Source: an uncultured delta proteobacterium (lineage in GTDB: Bacteria; Desulfobacterota; WTBG01; CAIYCZ01; CAIRTM01). Taken from it: a stretch of 64,000 bases of DNA. Made by a program: the position numbers and the translations under genes. The DNA lies in contig CAWDSQ010000016.1 of the NCBI GenBank assembly GCA_963804955.1, positions 1 to 64,000 of the forward strand, read 5' to 3'. Positions 30,116-40,481 of the stretch are shown piece after piece. Positions within the stretch are counted from its first letter, which is position 1. Each line of letters begins with the position of its first letter. The notes below the pieces were generated by a model. That model ran no database searches. It was given only the letters and a program-made list of their open reading frames with translations, and was not told the origin of the DNA.

Positions 30116-31953
30116 GTTATTTTTCCCTCTTTCCTAACAGTTGCAGCCTGTTTGAGCATTACCCTAAATGTGCTGCCGTGGCCTTCCATGCTTTCAACAG
30201 TTATTGTTCCGCCGTGGGCTTCGACGATCTCGCGGGCTATGGCCAGGCCCAGCCCTGCTCCCGCCTGGGCCTGCTGGCCCGGGACGCGAAAAAACTGATC
30301 AAATATAGTATTGAGATACTCGTGCGGTATGCCGGTGCCGGTATCGGCAACGCAAAAAACGACCCGGGTCTCGTCAGCCTGCGCTGAAATAGTAACCGAG
30401 CCGCCGGCAGCGGTATGCTTCAGCGAGTTTGAAAGCAGATTGTCAAACACATGCACGATCCGCGCTGCATCTGCCATAACCTCGGGCAGATCGCCGGGCA
30501 CAGCCGTTTTCAAGCTGATACCGCTGTCCTGGAACGCTGCGGCAAAATGCTCTCCCGCCTCCGCAGCTATCGCCTGCGGCGAGACAGGGGTGAAGATCAT
30601 CGGGGCTTTCCCCGATTCTATGCGGCTGATATCGAGCAGGTCGTCGAGTATGCCATTCAGCCGGTCGCTGTCATCGCGCGCGGCAAGGAGCAGCTCGGCC
30701 TGTTTTTCCGTGAGCGCGCCCACTTTCTCTTCCAGCAGCAGGTGAACCGCCATGCGGATCGAGGTCAGGGGAGTTTTCAGCTGATGCGACACCGTTGAAA
30801 TAAGGCCCCGCTTCATGTCATCATTGGTTCGCTGCTGCGTCACATCCCGTATCGTCAGCACCACGCCGGTGGGCAGGCGCTGAGCATCCAGAATGGGAAC
30901 TGCCTTGGGCTGGAAAAAATGTTCCTCACCATGGACAAAAAACTGAAAAACTGTTGTCTCGTCCCTGGCCTCTGCAGCGGGTGTGTTTTTCAGGGCGCTG
31001 TCATACATCTCCCGCAACCGGAGATGGGCAGCATCCTTTATTTCAGTGCCCGGCGACAGGTTGAAAACGCTGCGCGCGGCATCCGTTGCTACCTCTATCT
31101 TGCCGTCCAAATCGACAACGACGACCGCCTCCGGCAGGCTGCTGAAGGTTTGCTGGGCTGAACGCTGCAGGCGGACAAGCTTTGCCTGCTCACTGCGGCG
31201 AAACTCGCGCAGGCTCCGTGCCATATCGTTAAATGCCTCGGAAAGCCGTCCGATTTCGTCATGAGCGCTTACCTGCACGCACAGATCGAGATTGCCTTTT
31301 TTGATTTCATCGGCCGATTCGATAAGCCGGCTGATCGGGTACAGGATCCACCGGCGGGTAAGCACGATACAGCTTATGGAAAGTACGGCGCCGGCAAACA
31401 GCAGAAGGCCCATCTGCTGACGGGCCGATGCCGCTCGGCCGCGCGCCTGGTCATTGGCATCGCTCATATTCTGCTGATTCATGTGCAGGACAGCATCAGC
31501 TGCATCTTTTGTCTGATAAAAAAGGGGTAGCTGTTTTTTAAAATAAATAGCCGTTCGGCTGTCGTGTGAGATCGACGGATTATGCATTTCATGCAGCACA
31601 GCCTGGTACTGCGCATAAAGATCCCGAATGCGCTCGGCCTTTTCCTTCTCTCCGGGTACTGTTATATTGCTCAGCTCAAAATTCAGAGCTTTTTGAAATT
31701 TGAGCTCATTTGCATCAATCAGGGTTTTGCCTTCTTCATAGCCAAGGAGACAGAAAAGGGCGCCGCTATCCATCCGCTCAATGGCTTCTTTCATATCCTG
31801 GCAGGCTATGACGCTGCGGTAGTTCTCTCGCAGGATCACATCAATAGACTGGCCAAGATCCGAAATCAGGTAGATGGACTGACTGCCGATAATCACCAGT
31901 ACTGCCAGCAGCCCGCCAAAACCGATTGATAATTTTTTCCTGATATTGAGCAT
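30112..31953 (-). CDS. Membrane sensor histidine kinase (four-helix periplasmic domain, HAMP, PAS-like, HisKA, HATPase)
   Basis: 2 TMs; HAMP DEIGRLSEAFNDM; H-box SHQLKTPLTSI; N/G boxes NLLSNS, DTGTGI, GLGLAI. Confidence 0.93.
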   Translation of the reverse strand: MLNIRKKLSIGFGGLLAVLVIIGSQSIYLISDLGQSIDVILRENYRSVIACQDMKEAIERMDSGALFCLLGYEEGKTLIDANELKFQKALNFELSNITVPGEKEKAERIRDLYAQYQAVLHEMHNPSISHDSRTAIYFKKQLPLFYQTKDAADAVLHMNQQNMSDANDQARGRAASARQQMGLLLFAGAVLSISCIVLTRRWILYPISRLIESADEIKKGNLDLCVQVSAHDEIGRLSEAFNDMARSLREFRRSEQAKLVRLQRSAQQTFSSLPEAVVVVDLDGKIEVATDAARSVFNLSPGTEIKDAAHLRLREMYDSALKNTPAAEARDETTVFQFFVHGEEHFFQPKAVPILDAQRLPTGVVLTIRDVTQQRTNDDMKRGLISTVSHQLKTPLTSIRMAVHLLLEEKVGALTEKQAELLLAARDDSDRLNGILDDLLDISRIESGKAPMIFTPVSPQAIAAEAGEHFAAAFQDSGISLKTAVPGDLPEVMADAARIVHVFDNLLSNSLKHTAAGGSVTISAQADETRVVFCVADTGTGIPHEYLNTIFDQFFRVPGQQAQAGAGLGLAIAREIVEAHGGTITVESMEGHGSTFRVMLKQAATVRKEGKIT

Positions 31954-31981
31954 AGCAATTCTCCTTCTGCTCTTATATCTG

Positions 31982-31997
31982 GCAAAGTATATGCCAA
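31982..31997 (-). promoter_or_regulatory. Sigma-54 (-24/-12) promoter of the kinase-kdp operon
   Basis: TTGGCATATACTTTGC = GG-N10-GC, about 28 nt upstream of the kinase ATG with an AAGGAG RBS. Confidence 0.85.
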
Positions 31998-32137
31998 TGC
32001 GGGGAAACCGTATGAGCTTGAAATAACATGATTTTTTTCATGGCTTCCAGCCGTCGCATTGAATGCTGCAAGAAAGGGCAAATAAGGATAGTGCAAATTG
32101 CAAGGCGGGGTAGAGAAACAAAAAACGCACTGAGCGG

Positions 32138-33493
32138 CTATATACCGTACTCCTTGCGCTTGCGCCAAAGAGTTGCCTGGTCTATGCCCAGCACGTCGGC
32201 GGCTTCCTGCAGGGATTTTGTTGCGGCAAGCACGCGGCGAATATGCTGCTCTTCGATCTGTTTCAGCGGAACCGGGTTCCCCAGTTGCGGGAGAGCTTCA
32301 CCGGAACCGATGCCAGAGGGAAAGTATGCGCTACCCACCGTATCCGCCGGGCAGAGTATGGCGGCGCGCTCAATCACATTGCGAAGCTCCCTGATATTGC
32401 CCGGCCATGAATAGCACTTCAGGGCATGGAGCGCACCAGCGGTAAATCCTTTAAAAAGACGATGATTGCAGCGACCGAAAAACACAAGCAACCGCTGGGA
32501 AAGGCTCTCTATATCTTCCTGACGTTCACGCAGCGGTGGAATCTCAATCTCAATAACATTGAGCCGGTAGAAAAGATCTTCACGAAACCGGCCATCGGCA
32601 ACTGCCTGCTCAAGATTGATATTTGTTGCCGCAATGACCCGCACATCAGCCCTGCGGGTCACATACTCGCCCACGCGCTCGTACTCCCGCTCCTGAATAA
32701 AGCGCAGCAGCTTGGGCTGTAGTGCGAGGGGCAAATCCCCGATTTCATCAAGCAGCAGCGTGCCTCCTTCGCAGGCAGCTATTCTTCCCGTGTTGTCGCG
32801 CACGGCGCCGGTGAAGGCCCCTTTGACATGGCCGAAAAGCTCGCTCTCGAGCAGCTCCGGGGTAAGCGTCGGGCAGGATACAACGCCGAAGGGTTTCTGC
32901 GCGCGCCTGCTCCAGCTGTGCAGCATACGGGCTAGGACGGTTTTCCCGGTGCCGCTCTCGCCCCGCAGCAGAACAGTGGCATCCGAGGGCGCAACCTGAC
33001 GGGCAACAGTAATTGCCTGCTGCATGTTCTGGCTGGTGGTGGAAAAATCGACTTCCGGATTCAAGCGGCCAACATCCTCCTGCAGAGCGGAAACTTTCTG
33101 CTCAAGAGAAAGAATTTCTGTGACCTTGCTGACAGAGAGCTTCACCTGCGCCGGAGTAAAAGGTTTGGGGATATAGTCGGTTGCGCCGCGGCGCATGGCC
33201 TCGACAGCCGTATCAATGGAAGCATAGGCAGTGATGACAATGATTTTCAGCCAGGAAATTTTTGTCAGCAGCTGCGGAATAAGATCAAGGCCGTCTGCCG
33301 TGCCCAGGCGCAGATCGACGAAGGCAAGCTCAAAGGAGCGGCGTGACGCTTCGGCCACGGCATCCTCAAAGTTGCTGACGGCAACAACGCTGTGGCCCTC
33401 CGTTTCCAGACACACGGCAAGTGTCTTGCGGATATTTATTTCATCATCCACAACAAGAATATTTAATTTTTGTGGTATCTTTGTATCAGGCAT
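32138..33493 (-). CDS. Sigma-54-dependent NtrC-family response regulator
   Basis: REC (VVDD, FVDL), GESGTGKT, GAFTGA, REDLFYRL, WPGNIREL, C-terminal HTH. Confidence 0.95.
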   Translation of the reverse strand: MPDTKIPQKLNILVVDDEINIRKTLAVCLETEGHSVVAVSNFEDAVAEASRRSFELAFVDLRLGTADGLDLIPQLLTKISWLKIIVITAYASIDTAVEAMRRGATDYIPKPFTPAQVKLSVSKVTEILSLEQKVSALQEDVGRLNPEVDFSTTSQNMQQAITVARQVAPSDATVLLRGESGTGKTVLARMLHSWSRRAQKPFGVVSCPTLTPELLESELFGHVKGAFTGAVRDNTGRIAACEGGTLLLDEIGDLPLALQPKLLRFIQEREYERVGEYVTRRADVRVIAATNINLEQAVADGRFREDLFYRLNVIEIEIPPLRERQEDIESLSQRLLVFFGRCNHRLFKGFTAGALHALKCYSWPGNIRELRNVIERAAILCPADTVGSAYFPSGIGSGEALPQLGNPVPLKQIEEQHIRRVLAATKSLQEAADVLGIDQATLWRKRKEYGI

Positions 33494-33556
33494 GAGCGAG
33501 CTATACTCCAGTTCTTTTATACCGTCAATTATAGAATAAGAGCCATAGTGTATTCA

Positions 33557-34525
33557 TTACCGTGGCCGCAGGTACATGGTCTGGGTCTGATGTTCAAGCT
33601 CGGCCCATTTCTTTTTGTAGGGCACGGCCATGCCGAGGTCATAGAGTTCTGCATGCTCACGGCACAGCCATTCAAGCATCTTGAGCTGCAGCACATTGCC
33701 GAGCGACAGGCTGCGGTGCCGGTCGTCGAAGCTGAACTGCAGGCCCCGGAACCTGCCGTTTACAACTGCACCGTGCAGATACCCTATCTGCCGGCCGTCG
33801 AGCTCGGCTACTATCACGCGCAGCAGCCCTGCCGGGCCAATGCGCTCGAACATATGCCGGTAGAAGTCCTTCATGGGGGGCTTATCAGCGCCTTCGCCGC
33901 TTTGCCCCTTCCAGCTGCGGCTTTCTATGGCGAGCAGCTCGCTGTAGAATGCCGTCACGGTATCTGCAGGCGCCCGGTCAATACAGCGGAGCAGAACTCC
34001 TGCGTCTGCCACACGCTGAGCAGCCCTTCGCATATTAACCCTGAATTTGGATGATCGCCGGGAAAGAAATCCTTCCATGCCGCCCTGCAAAGAGGCCACG
34101 CAGCGGCTTACAGGATTGAGCAGAAAGGCCCGGTGGGTGGATGCGGTCCGGCCGGCAACGGCGTCAAGAAACGCCCGGTCATTGGGCAGGCCGTAGAGGA
34201 TAAGATGCCCCTGATGCAGACTGTCGCGGCAGATGCTGCCAAGCATCCGGGGGGACTGCCCGCCAACAAGGGCTGTGGCAAAACCCCACATGGAATCCAC
34301 TGACGAAAACAGCTGTTTTTCTTCTGCGGGCCGGCCTTGAGCCAGCACGACAAAGCTTTCTTGCTCGTGCCAGATATGCAGCGGCGCCCGTGGGGTGAAA
34401 GAAGCATGAAACGGCAGAATCCAGTCGGTGCGGCTGCAATAGGGGTCAATACCGGCGAAGGCCGCCACCGCCCCGTTATAGGTCTGCGCCTGCTGCTGAA
34501 ATTCGGTACTATCAAGCTGCTGCAT
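33557..34525 (-). CDS. GNAT-fold protein (CelD/BcsL-like, Acetyltransf_6)
   Basis: FLSRRSSKFRVNMRR, IESRSWKG, SFDDRHRSLSLGNVL, YDLG..YKKKW. Confidence 0.75.
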   Translation of the reverse strand: MQQLDSTEFQQQAQTYNGAVAAFAGIDPYCSRTDWILPFHASFTPRAPLHIWHEQESFVVLAQGRPAEEKQLFSSVDSMWGFATALVGGQSPRMLGSICRDSLHQGHLILYGLPNDRAFLDAVAGRTASTHRAFLLNPVSRCVASLQGGMEGFLSRRSSKFRVNMRRAAQRVADAGVLLRCIDRAPADTVTAFYSELLAIESRSWKGQSGEGADKPPMKDFYRHMFERIGPAGLLRVIVAELDGRQIGYLHGAVVNGRFRGLQFSFDDRHRSLSLGNVLQLKMLEWLCREHAELYDLGMAVPYKKKWAELEHQTQTMYLRPR

Positions 34526-34560
34526 ATCAGACCAGTCTGCCGTCAGCGCAACAGGTTGTG

Positions 34561-35217
34561 TCAGGAAACTTTTTTCAGATTTTCAATGTCCTCGAGCCGG
34601 CCCACCACGAGCATGGTATCGCTGTCTTTGATGGTGTAGTCTGCCGGCGGCACGACGATAAGATTTTCCGGCACCAGCTCCTTGATGGCAAGCACCTGCA
34701 CGTTATATTTCTTGCGGATATCCAGCTCACGCAGCGATTTATGCATAAACTCTTCGGGCGGAGCAAGCTGCACGATGCTGTAGTCGGGCCCGAGGCTCAG
34801 GGTGTCGATGACATTCGGGTTTGCCAGCTGCTCGGCGATCTTGGCCGCCACATCGCGCTCGGGAAAAATCACTTCGGTGGCGCCGATGATATGGAGAATT
34901 TTGCCGTGATCTTCAGTGATTGCCTTCACGATGATGTTTCTGACCTTGAGCTCCTTGAGATACAGCGTGATCAGGATGCTCATGTCGATCTTATCGCCGA
35001 CGCTGACGATAACCGCATCCATGTCCTGAACGCCGATCTGCTCCAGCACCTCCTTATTGGTGGCGTCGGCAATCACGACTTTTTCAACATAGGGCTTCAT
35101 GCGCTCGACCTGGATTTCATCCATGTCGATGCCCAGCACCTCCAGCCCCCGCTCGGCAAGATACCGTGCGGTGAAATGGCCGAAGCTCCCCAGTCCGATC
35201 ACTGCAAAATTTCTCAT
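34561..35217 (-). CDS. ktrA: Ktr/Trk K+ uptake regulatory RCK subunit (KtrA/TrkA family)
   Basis: FAVIGLGSFG, IFPERD, RCK_C domain. Confidence 0.9.
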   Translation of the reverse strand: MRNFAVIGLGSFGHFTARYLAERGLEVLGIDMDEIQVERMKPYVEKVVIADATNKEVLEQIGVQDMDAVIVSVGDKIDMSILITLYLKELKVRNIIVKAITEDHGKILHIIGATEVIFPERDVAAKIAEQLANPNVIDTLSLGPDYSIVQLAPPEEFMHKSLRELDIRKKYNVQVLAIKELVPENLIVVPPADYTIKDSDTMLVVGRLEDIENLKKVS

Positions 35218-35239
35218 AATCCACTCTCCCTGGAATTGC

Positions 35240-35264
35240 GGGCAGGTTTAAAACCTGCCCCTAC
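35240..35264 (-). repeat. GTAG-type REP-like palindrome
   Basis: Minus strand GTAGGGGCAGGTTTTAAACCTGCCC. Confidence 0.6.
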
Positions 35265-35301
35265 GCATAAATTTAAATCCCTCAATGCCTCAATCTATTA
35301 A

Positions 35302-36661
35302 TCATCCAATGAGTATATTCTCTTCTTCCGGATAGCGGTATGCCTTTTTTTTGCCGGCGCCCGCAAGCTCGATAGCAAGAGTGAGAGGCCCCACGCGGCC
35401 GATGTACATGAGCAGAATCAGAATGATGCGGCCCGGGTCCTTGATTGACGGCTGTGATGCCGGTGCTTAAGCCCACGGTGCCGAAGGCCGATGTCGCCTC
35501 AAACAGAAACTCGAGAAACTTTCCCTTTGTCTGCGGCATGCGGCGTTTGCCCCACTTCAAACAGCAGCAGAAAAAGGGTGGAGACCAGAATAAGAACGCC
35601 TGAAAAGGCTGCAATCGACACGGCCCGCGACATGATATCCGGAGAAATACGGCGGCCCATGAGGTTTATGTCTTCCTGATCGCGAAATTTCGCTGCAATC
35701 AGGGCCAGCAGCACGGTAAAGGTGGTTGTCTTGACGCCGCCGCCGGTGGAGGCGGGTGAGGCGCCGACAAACATAAGAAAAATAGTGAACAACAAGTGTT
35801 GCATCGGTGAGCTGGCCATAGTCGACCGTATTGAAGCCGCAGGTGCGGGGCGTAACCGACTGAAACAGCGACACGAGTATTTTGGCTTTCCACGACATTG
35901 GTTCAGCACATTGAACCATTCAAAAAGCATGAAAACAATGGCGCCGCCGAGTATGAGCCAGAGTGTTGTCCGGAGCACGAGCCGGGAGTGAAAGTTAAAT
36001 GCCGATTTTTTGCCCTGTATGCGGCTGCGCAGGGTGCGATAGACATCAAATATAACAATAAAGCCCAGGCCCCCCATCACCAGCAATACCGATATCGTGA
36101 GGTTCACGATCTGTTGTCATAATACTTCATGAGGTTGTCGGGAAACAGCGAAAAGCCGGCATTGCAGAATGCCGACACGGAATGAAAAATCGCAAGATAG
36201 GCCGCATGGCCCAGAGGATAGTCTCTGGCAAAGACGTTAAACAGAAAAACAGCGCCAATGGCCTCGATAAAAAGCGTGACGCCGAAAACCGACAGCAGCA
36301 GCGCGCCCATGTCTTTTACCGGGTGCTGGCTCAGGCTCTGCAGAACTATTTCGCGGTTGCGGATGGAGAGGCGGTGAGAAAGTAAATAAATGAAAAATGT
36401 TGAAAAAGTCATGATCCCGAGGCCGCCGGCCTGTATAAGGCCGAGCACCACGAGCTGGCCGAACACGGTCAGGCGCGTGCCGATGTCAAAAACCGCAAGG
36501 CCGGTGACACAGGTGGCAGAGGTCGTGGTGAAAAGCGCTTCGATAAATCCCACGGGCTTGCCCACAGAGGAAATGGGCAGCATAAGCAGGAATGCGCCGA
36601 AAAGTATAATGGCGGCAAAGCTCAGCAGAATGAGCTGCGAGGGTGTGATTTTCCACTTCAT
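35302..36661 (-). CDS. ktrB: Ktr/Trk K+ uptake membrane subunit (KtrB/TrkH family; several apparent frameshifts)
   Basis: [45 protein letters not shown] spread over four ORF pieces. Confidence 0.9.
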
Positions 36662-36762
36662 AAAATTTTTGAGCCCATAAAAAAAGTCATTCCGAAAACG
36701 GAATGACAAAAAAATTATAGTGCAGTCTGTTCAGGAGCGCAACAGATTTTTATTCGGGGATT

Positions 36763-37852
36763 TTATTCGATATAGCCGAGCTGCTCCAGCTGGCGGCGGA
36801 TGGCCTGGTGGCTGTCGCCGGCGGCAAAAACATTGTATTTTTTAAAGTTTACAAACACCTGCTCCCCCACCCGCCATATATATTTTGAAAACTCCAGGGC
36901 CGTGAGGCTGAAATCCTTCAAGCTGCAGATCAACCTCGGTGACGCTGCCCTTGTAGCGTATGCCGGTGACTACGGCAGGGATGGCATGCGGGCCTTCGGC
37001 GACGTGCTGCAGGCCGATATCTTCAGGCCGCACCAGCAGCACGATATCCCCCGACGGCGCATCATAACCTGCGGGCCTGTGAAGCCGGGCCTGCGTGCCG
37101 TGCACGAAAATGGCTTCGCCTTCAAGGTGCGCGTCGATGATATTGATATTGCCGATAAAGCTTGCGACGAATTTATTGGAGGGCTCCTCATAGACATCGC
37201 GAGCCGCTCCGATCTGCTCCACGCGGCCCTTGTTGATGACGATGATCTTATCGGAAATTTCCATGGCTTCGTTCTGGTCGTGGGTGACGAAAATGCTCGT
37301 CACATTGAGCTTGTCATGCATGTTGCGCAGCCACCCAACGAGGCTTTCGCGCACCTTCAGGTCCAGAGCTGCAAACGGCTCATCCAGCAGCAGTATGGCG
37401 GGCTCGGCCGCAAGAGCGCGGGCAAGGGCAACGCGCTGGCGCTGGCCGCCCGAAAGCTGCGAGGGGTAGTGCCGGGCATAGCCGCGCATCTTTACAAGAT
37501 CGATGAGGTGGCCGACCCGGTCGGCAATCTCCTTTTTGCTTTTCTTCTGCACGTTCAGGGCAAAGGCTATATTCTGCTCAGCGGTCATATGCTTAAACAG
37601 GGCATAGTGCTGAAAGACAAAGCCCACACGCCGCTGCCGGGCGGACATGGCATTCATGTTGACGCCGTTAAAAACGACCGCGCCCGTATCGGGCGTCTCA
37701 AGCCCGGCTATGACCCGCAGCAGCGTGCTCTTGCCGCAGCCGCTGGGCCCGAGCAGGGCCACCAGCTCGCCTGTTTGTACCTCGAAGCTCACACCGTCAA
37801 CGGCGACAAAGTCGCCGAAACGCTTGCTCACGTTTTGAATGCTGATACCCAT
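36763..37852 (-). CDS. cysA: Sulfate/thiosulfate ABC transporter ATP-binding subunit (frameshift near C-terminus)
   Basis: GPSGCGKS, VFQHYALF, LSGGQRQRVALARAL, VTHDQ; TOBE tail. Confidence 0.9.
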
Positions 37853-37853
37853 A

Positions 37854-38648
37854 TCACACCTTGCGTTTGGAAAAAATATACTGCATGGCAATCAAAATAA
37901 TAAATGAAACGGCCGCGAGCACCATGGCGGCTGCGCAGGCGCCGGTAAAGTCGAAGTCCATGAACTTGTGATGAATCAGCAGGGTGGCGGTCTGCGTTTT
38001 ATTGATGATGCCGCCGCTGACCACGATCACCGCGCCGAACTCGCCGATGGCGCGGGCGATGGTCAGGGTGATGCCGTAGATCATGCCCCATTTGATGGAA
38101 GGCAGGGTCACCTTCCAGAAGGTCTGCCACCGCGAAGCCCCGAGCACATAGGCAGCCTCCTCCTGGTCGATGCCGTATTCGCGCAGCACCGGCACTACCT
38201 CGCGCACCACGAAGGGAAACGTGACAAAAAGCGTTGCGAGCAGCATGCCGGGGAAGGCGTAGATGATTTTTATATTCTGCGCGTCAAACCAGCTGCCGAT
38301 CCAGCCCCGCGGCCCGAACAGAATGATGAACATAAAGCCCGCGATGACCGGAGACACGGCAAAGGGCAGGTCGATGATGCCCTCTAGAAAAACCTTGCCG
38401 CGGAAGCTGTGCCGCACGAGTATAAAAGACAGCATGGTGCCGAAAATTGTGTTGATGACCACCGAGCCCAGAGTCAGCCAGAACGTGAGCATGAAAGCCC
38501 GCAGGGCCGTGGGCTGGCGCAGCAGTTCGGCAAGCGAGGACAGGCCGTTTGTCCAGACCTCGCGCACGATGCCCGACAGGGGCAGCAGCACCAGCACGCT
38601 GATCCAGCCAAGCACAAGCACCATGAGAATTCTATCACCTCTCTTCAT
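37854..38648 (-). CDS. cysW: Sulfate ABC transporter permease CysW
   Basis: DLPFAVSPVIAG, TFPFVVRE, QEEAA, ARAIGEFGAV. Confidence 0.93.
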   Translation of the reverse strand: MKRGDRILMVLVLGWISVLVLLPLSGIVREVWTNGLSSLAELLRQPTALRAFMLTFWLTLGSVVINTIFGTMLSFILVRHSFRGKVFLEGIIDLPFAVSPVIAGFMFIILFGPRGWIGSWFDAQNIKIIYAFPGMLLATLFVTFPFVVREVVPVLREYGIDQEEAAYVLGASRWQTFWKVTLPSIKWGMIYGITLTIARAIGEFGAVIVVSGGIINKTQTATLLIHHKFMDFDFTGACAAAMVLAAVSFIILIAMQYIFSKRKV

Positions 38649-39459
38649 GCCGCCTGTTCCAATACTGGATAAAGTTGAGCAGCAGAAGCACGGCAAATGA
38701 ACATGCCAGCAGAATAAACGAAACGCCTGTTGCGCCCGGCACATTGGAGCTCTCTATTTCACCATACACATACACCGCCGCAACCTGCGTTTTAAACGGA
38801 ATATTGCCCGCCACAATGACCACCGAGCCGAACTCTCCCAGGGCCCGGCTGAAGGAAAGGGCTGCGCCGGTTATGATGGACGGAAGAAGCGTCGGCAGAA
38901 TGACCTTCCTGAAAATCTGCACAGGCGAAGCCCCGAGGGTCATGGCCGCCTCTTCTATCTCCTTCTCCATTTCTTCAAGCACGGGCTGCACGCTGCGCAC
39001 CACGAAGGGGAAAGTCACGAACAGCAGCGCGATCAGAATGCCGGGGCTGTTGTAGATGATCTCCAGATTAAATGTGTTCTGCATGAATGCGCCGATAAAG
39101 CTTCGCGGGCCGTACAGCGCCACCAGCATAATGCCGGTTACGATTGTCGGAATGGCAAAAGGCAGATCGATAATAGCATTTATTTCGCGCTTGAACGGAA
39201 AATCGCAGCGCACAAGCACCCAGGCCGTGGCTGTTCCGGTGATGACATTAACAATGGCGATAATGAGGGCCAGGATAAGCGTGATCTTCAGCGAGAAAAG
39301 CGCCTGTGGCAGGGTTATTTCCTGCCACAGCAGCGCAACGCCGCCATCAAAGGCTTTACAGCTTATGGCGACAACGGGCAGGACTATGAGCAGAGCTATA
39401 TAGCTCAGCGTTATGCCCCGCAGAATCAGCCCGGCCGGCGTCGATTTATTTTCCTTCAT
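38635..39459 (-). CDS. cysT: Sulfate ABC transporter permease CysT
   Basis: DLPFAIPT, PFVVRSVQPVL, EEAA, RALGEFGSV. Confidence 0.93.
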   Translation of the reverse strand: MKENKSTPAGLILRGITLSYIALLIVLPVVAISCKAFDGGVALLWQEITLPQALFSLKITLILALIIAIVNVITGTATAWVLVRCDFPFKREINAIIDLPFAIPTIVTGIMLVALYGPRSFIGAFMQNTFNLEIIYNSPGILIALLFVTFPFVVRSVQPVLEEMEKEIEEAAMTLGASPVQIFRKVILPTLLPSIITGAALSFSRALGEFGSVVIVAGNIPFKTQVAAVYVYGEIESSNVPGATGVSFILLACSFAVLLLLNFIQYWNRRHEER

Positions 39460-40481
39460 GTGCCAGTTCTTGAATTATTTTGGTCCACACGCCCTCGGGG
39501 CCATAGAGGTCCTTCTGAACCGCCGGCCAGCCGCCGAGATATTTCATGTCAAATAAATACTGCGGCACGGGGTATTTTGCCGCGAATTCTTTGGCCACCT
39601 CAGTGTCGATGGAGCGAAACCCGTAGCGTGCAAAGGAGCGCTGCGCCTCTTTCCCGAGAAGAAATTCCAAAAAGGCTTCAGCCACCGCTCTGTTGCCGTG
39701 CTTGTCTATGTATTTATCCACAAGCGCCACTGGATTTTCAATAAGAATCGTCGCCGGTGGCACAACAAAAGGGAAATCCTTGCCCTGCTTCTGCCGAAGA
39801 AGGGCTTCATTCTCATAGGTGACCAGAGCGTCACCTATGCCGTTTTCAAAGGTGCCGACCGATTCCCTGCCCGACTTGTCCATCACTTTCACGCGGCGCT
39901 GAATGGCTCTTCAACAGTTCGCGGGCATAGGCCTTGTCCGGCGCGCCGTTTTTTACTTCAGTCAGTTTAAGCCCTGCGCCGTAGATGGCATTTACATCCC
40001 ACATGGCCCCTCCCGAGGTTTTGGGGCTGGGGTAGAGCACAGCCACATCGTCGCGCTTCAGATCATCCCAGTCCTTAATATTCTTGGGGTTGCCGGGCCG
40101 GTACGCAATGACCACGGTAGAGCGCGTAACGAACCCGCCGGTTTTGCCTGTTTTCCAGTCATGGGTGATCAGGCCGGCGCGTTTGATGACGTCGATATCT
40201 TCTTCAAGGGACAGTGCTGCTATATCTGCTTCAAAGCCGGAGGAAATGGCACGGCCCTGGGCGCCGGATGCCTCATAGGACTCTTGTATGGTCACCGTCT
40301 GGCCGGTCTTTTCTTTCCAGTATTTCTGAAATGCCGGTATGATTTCTTTCTGATATGCGTCCTTTGGAACCGTATAGGCGCCAATGGTCAGCGTCACGTC
40401 CTGAGCCCCCTGCTCTGCAGGCTTCCCGCATGCGCACAGCATGAGGGCAAGCAGAAGAATCAAAGCTTTGCAATTTTTCAT
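39446..40481 (-). CDS. sbp: Sulfate/thiosulfate-binding lipoprotein (frameshift near 39900)
   Basis: Lipobox LCAC; ASGAQ, NPKNIKDWDDL, PKTSGGA, GDALVTYENEA. Confidence 0.9.

Noticed and set aside
21848..34525. ablAB-type N-acetyl-beta-lysine operon (kamA + GNAT)
   Set aside because: The genes are more than 10 kb apart on opposite strands, and the GNAT looks CelD/BcsL-like rather than AblB-like
36662..36762. c-di-AMP (ydaO) riboswitch upstream of ktrB or kdp
   Set aside because: Only a simple GTCATTCCG-aaaa-CGGAATGAC hairpin is visible and the region is short; an Infernal scan would be decisive
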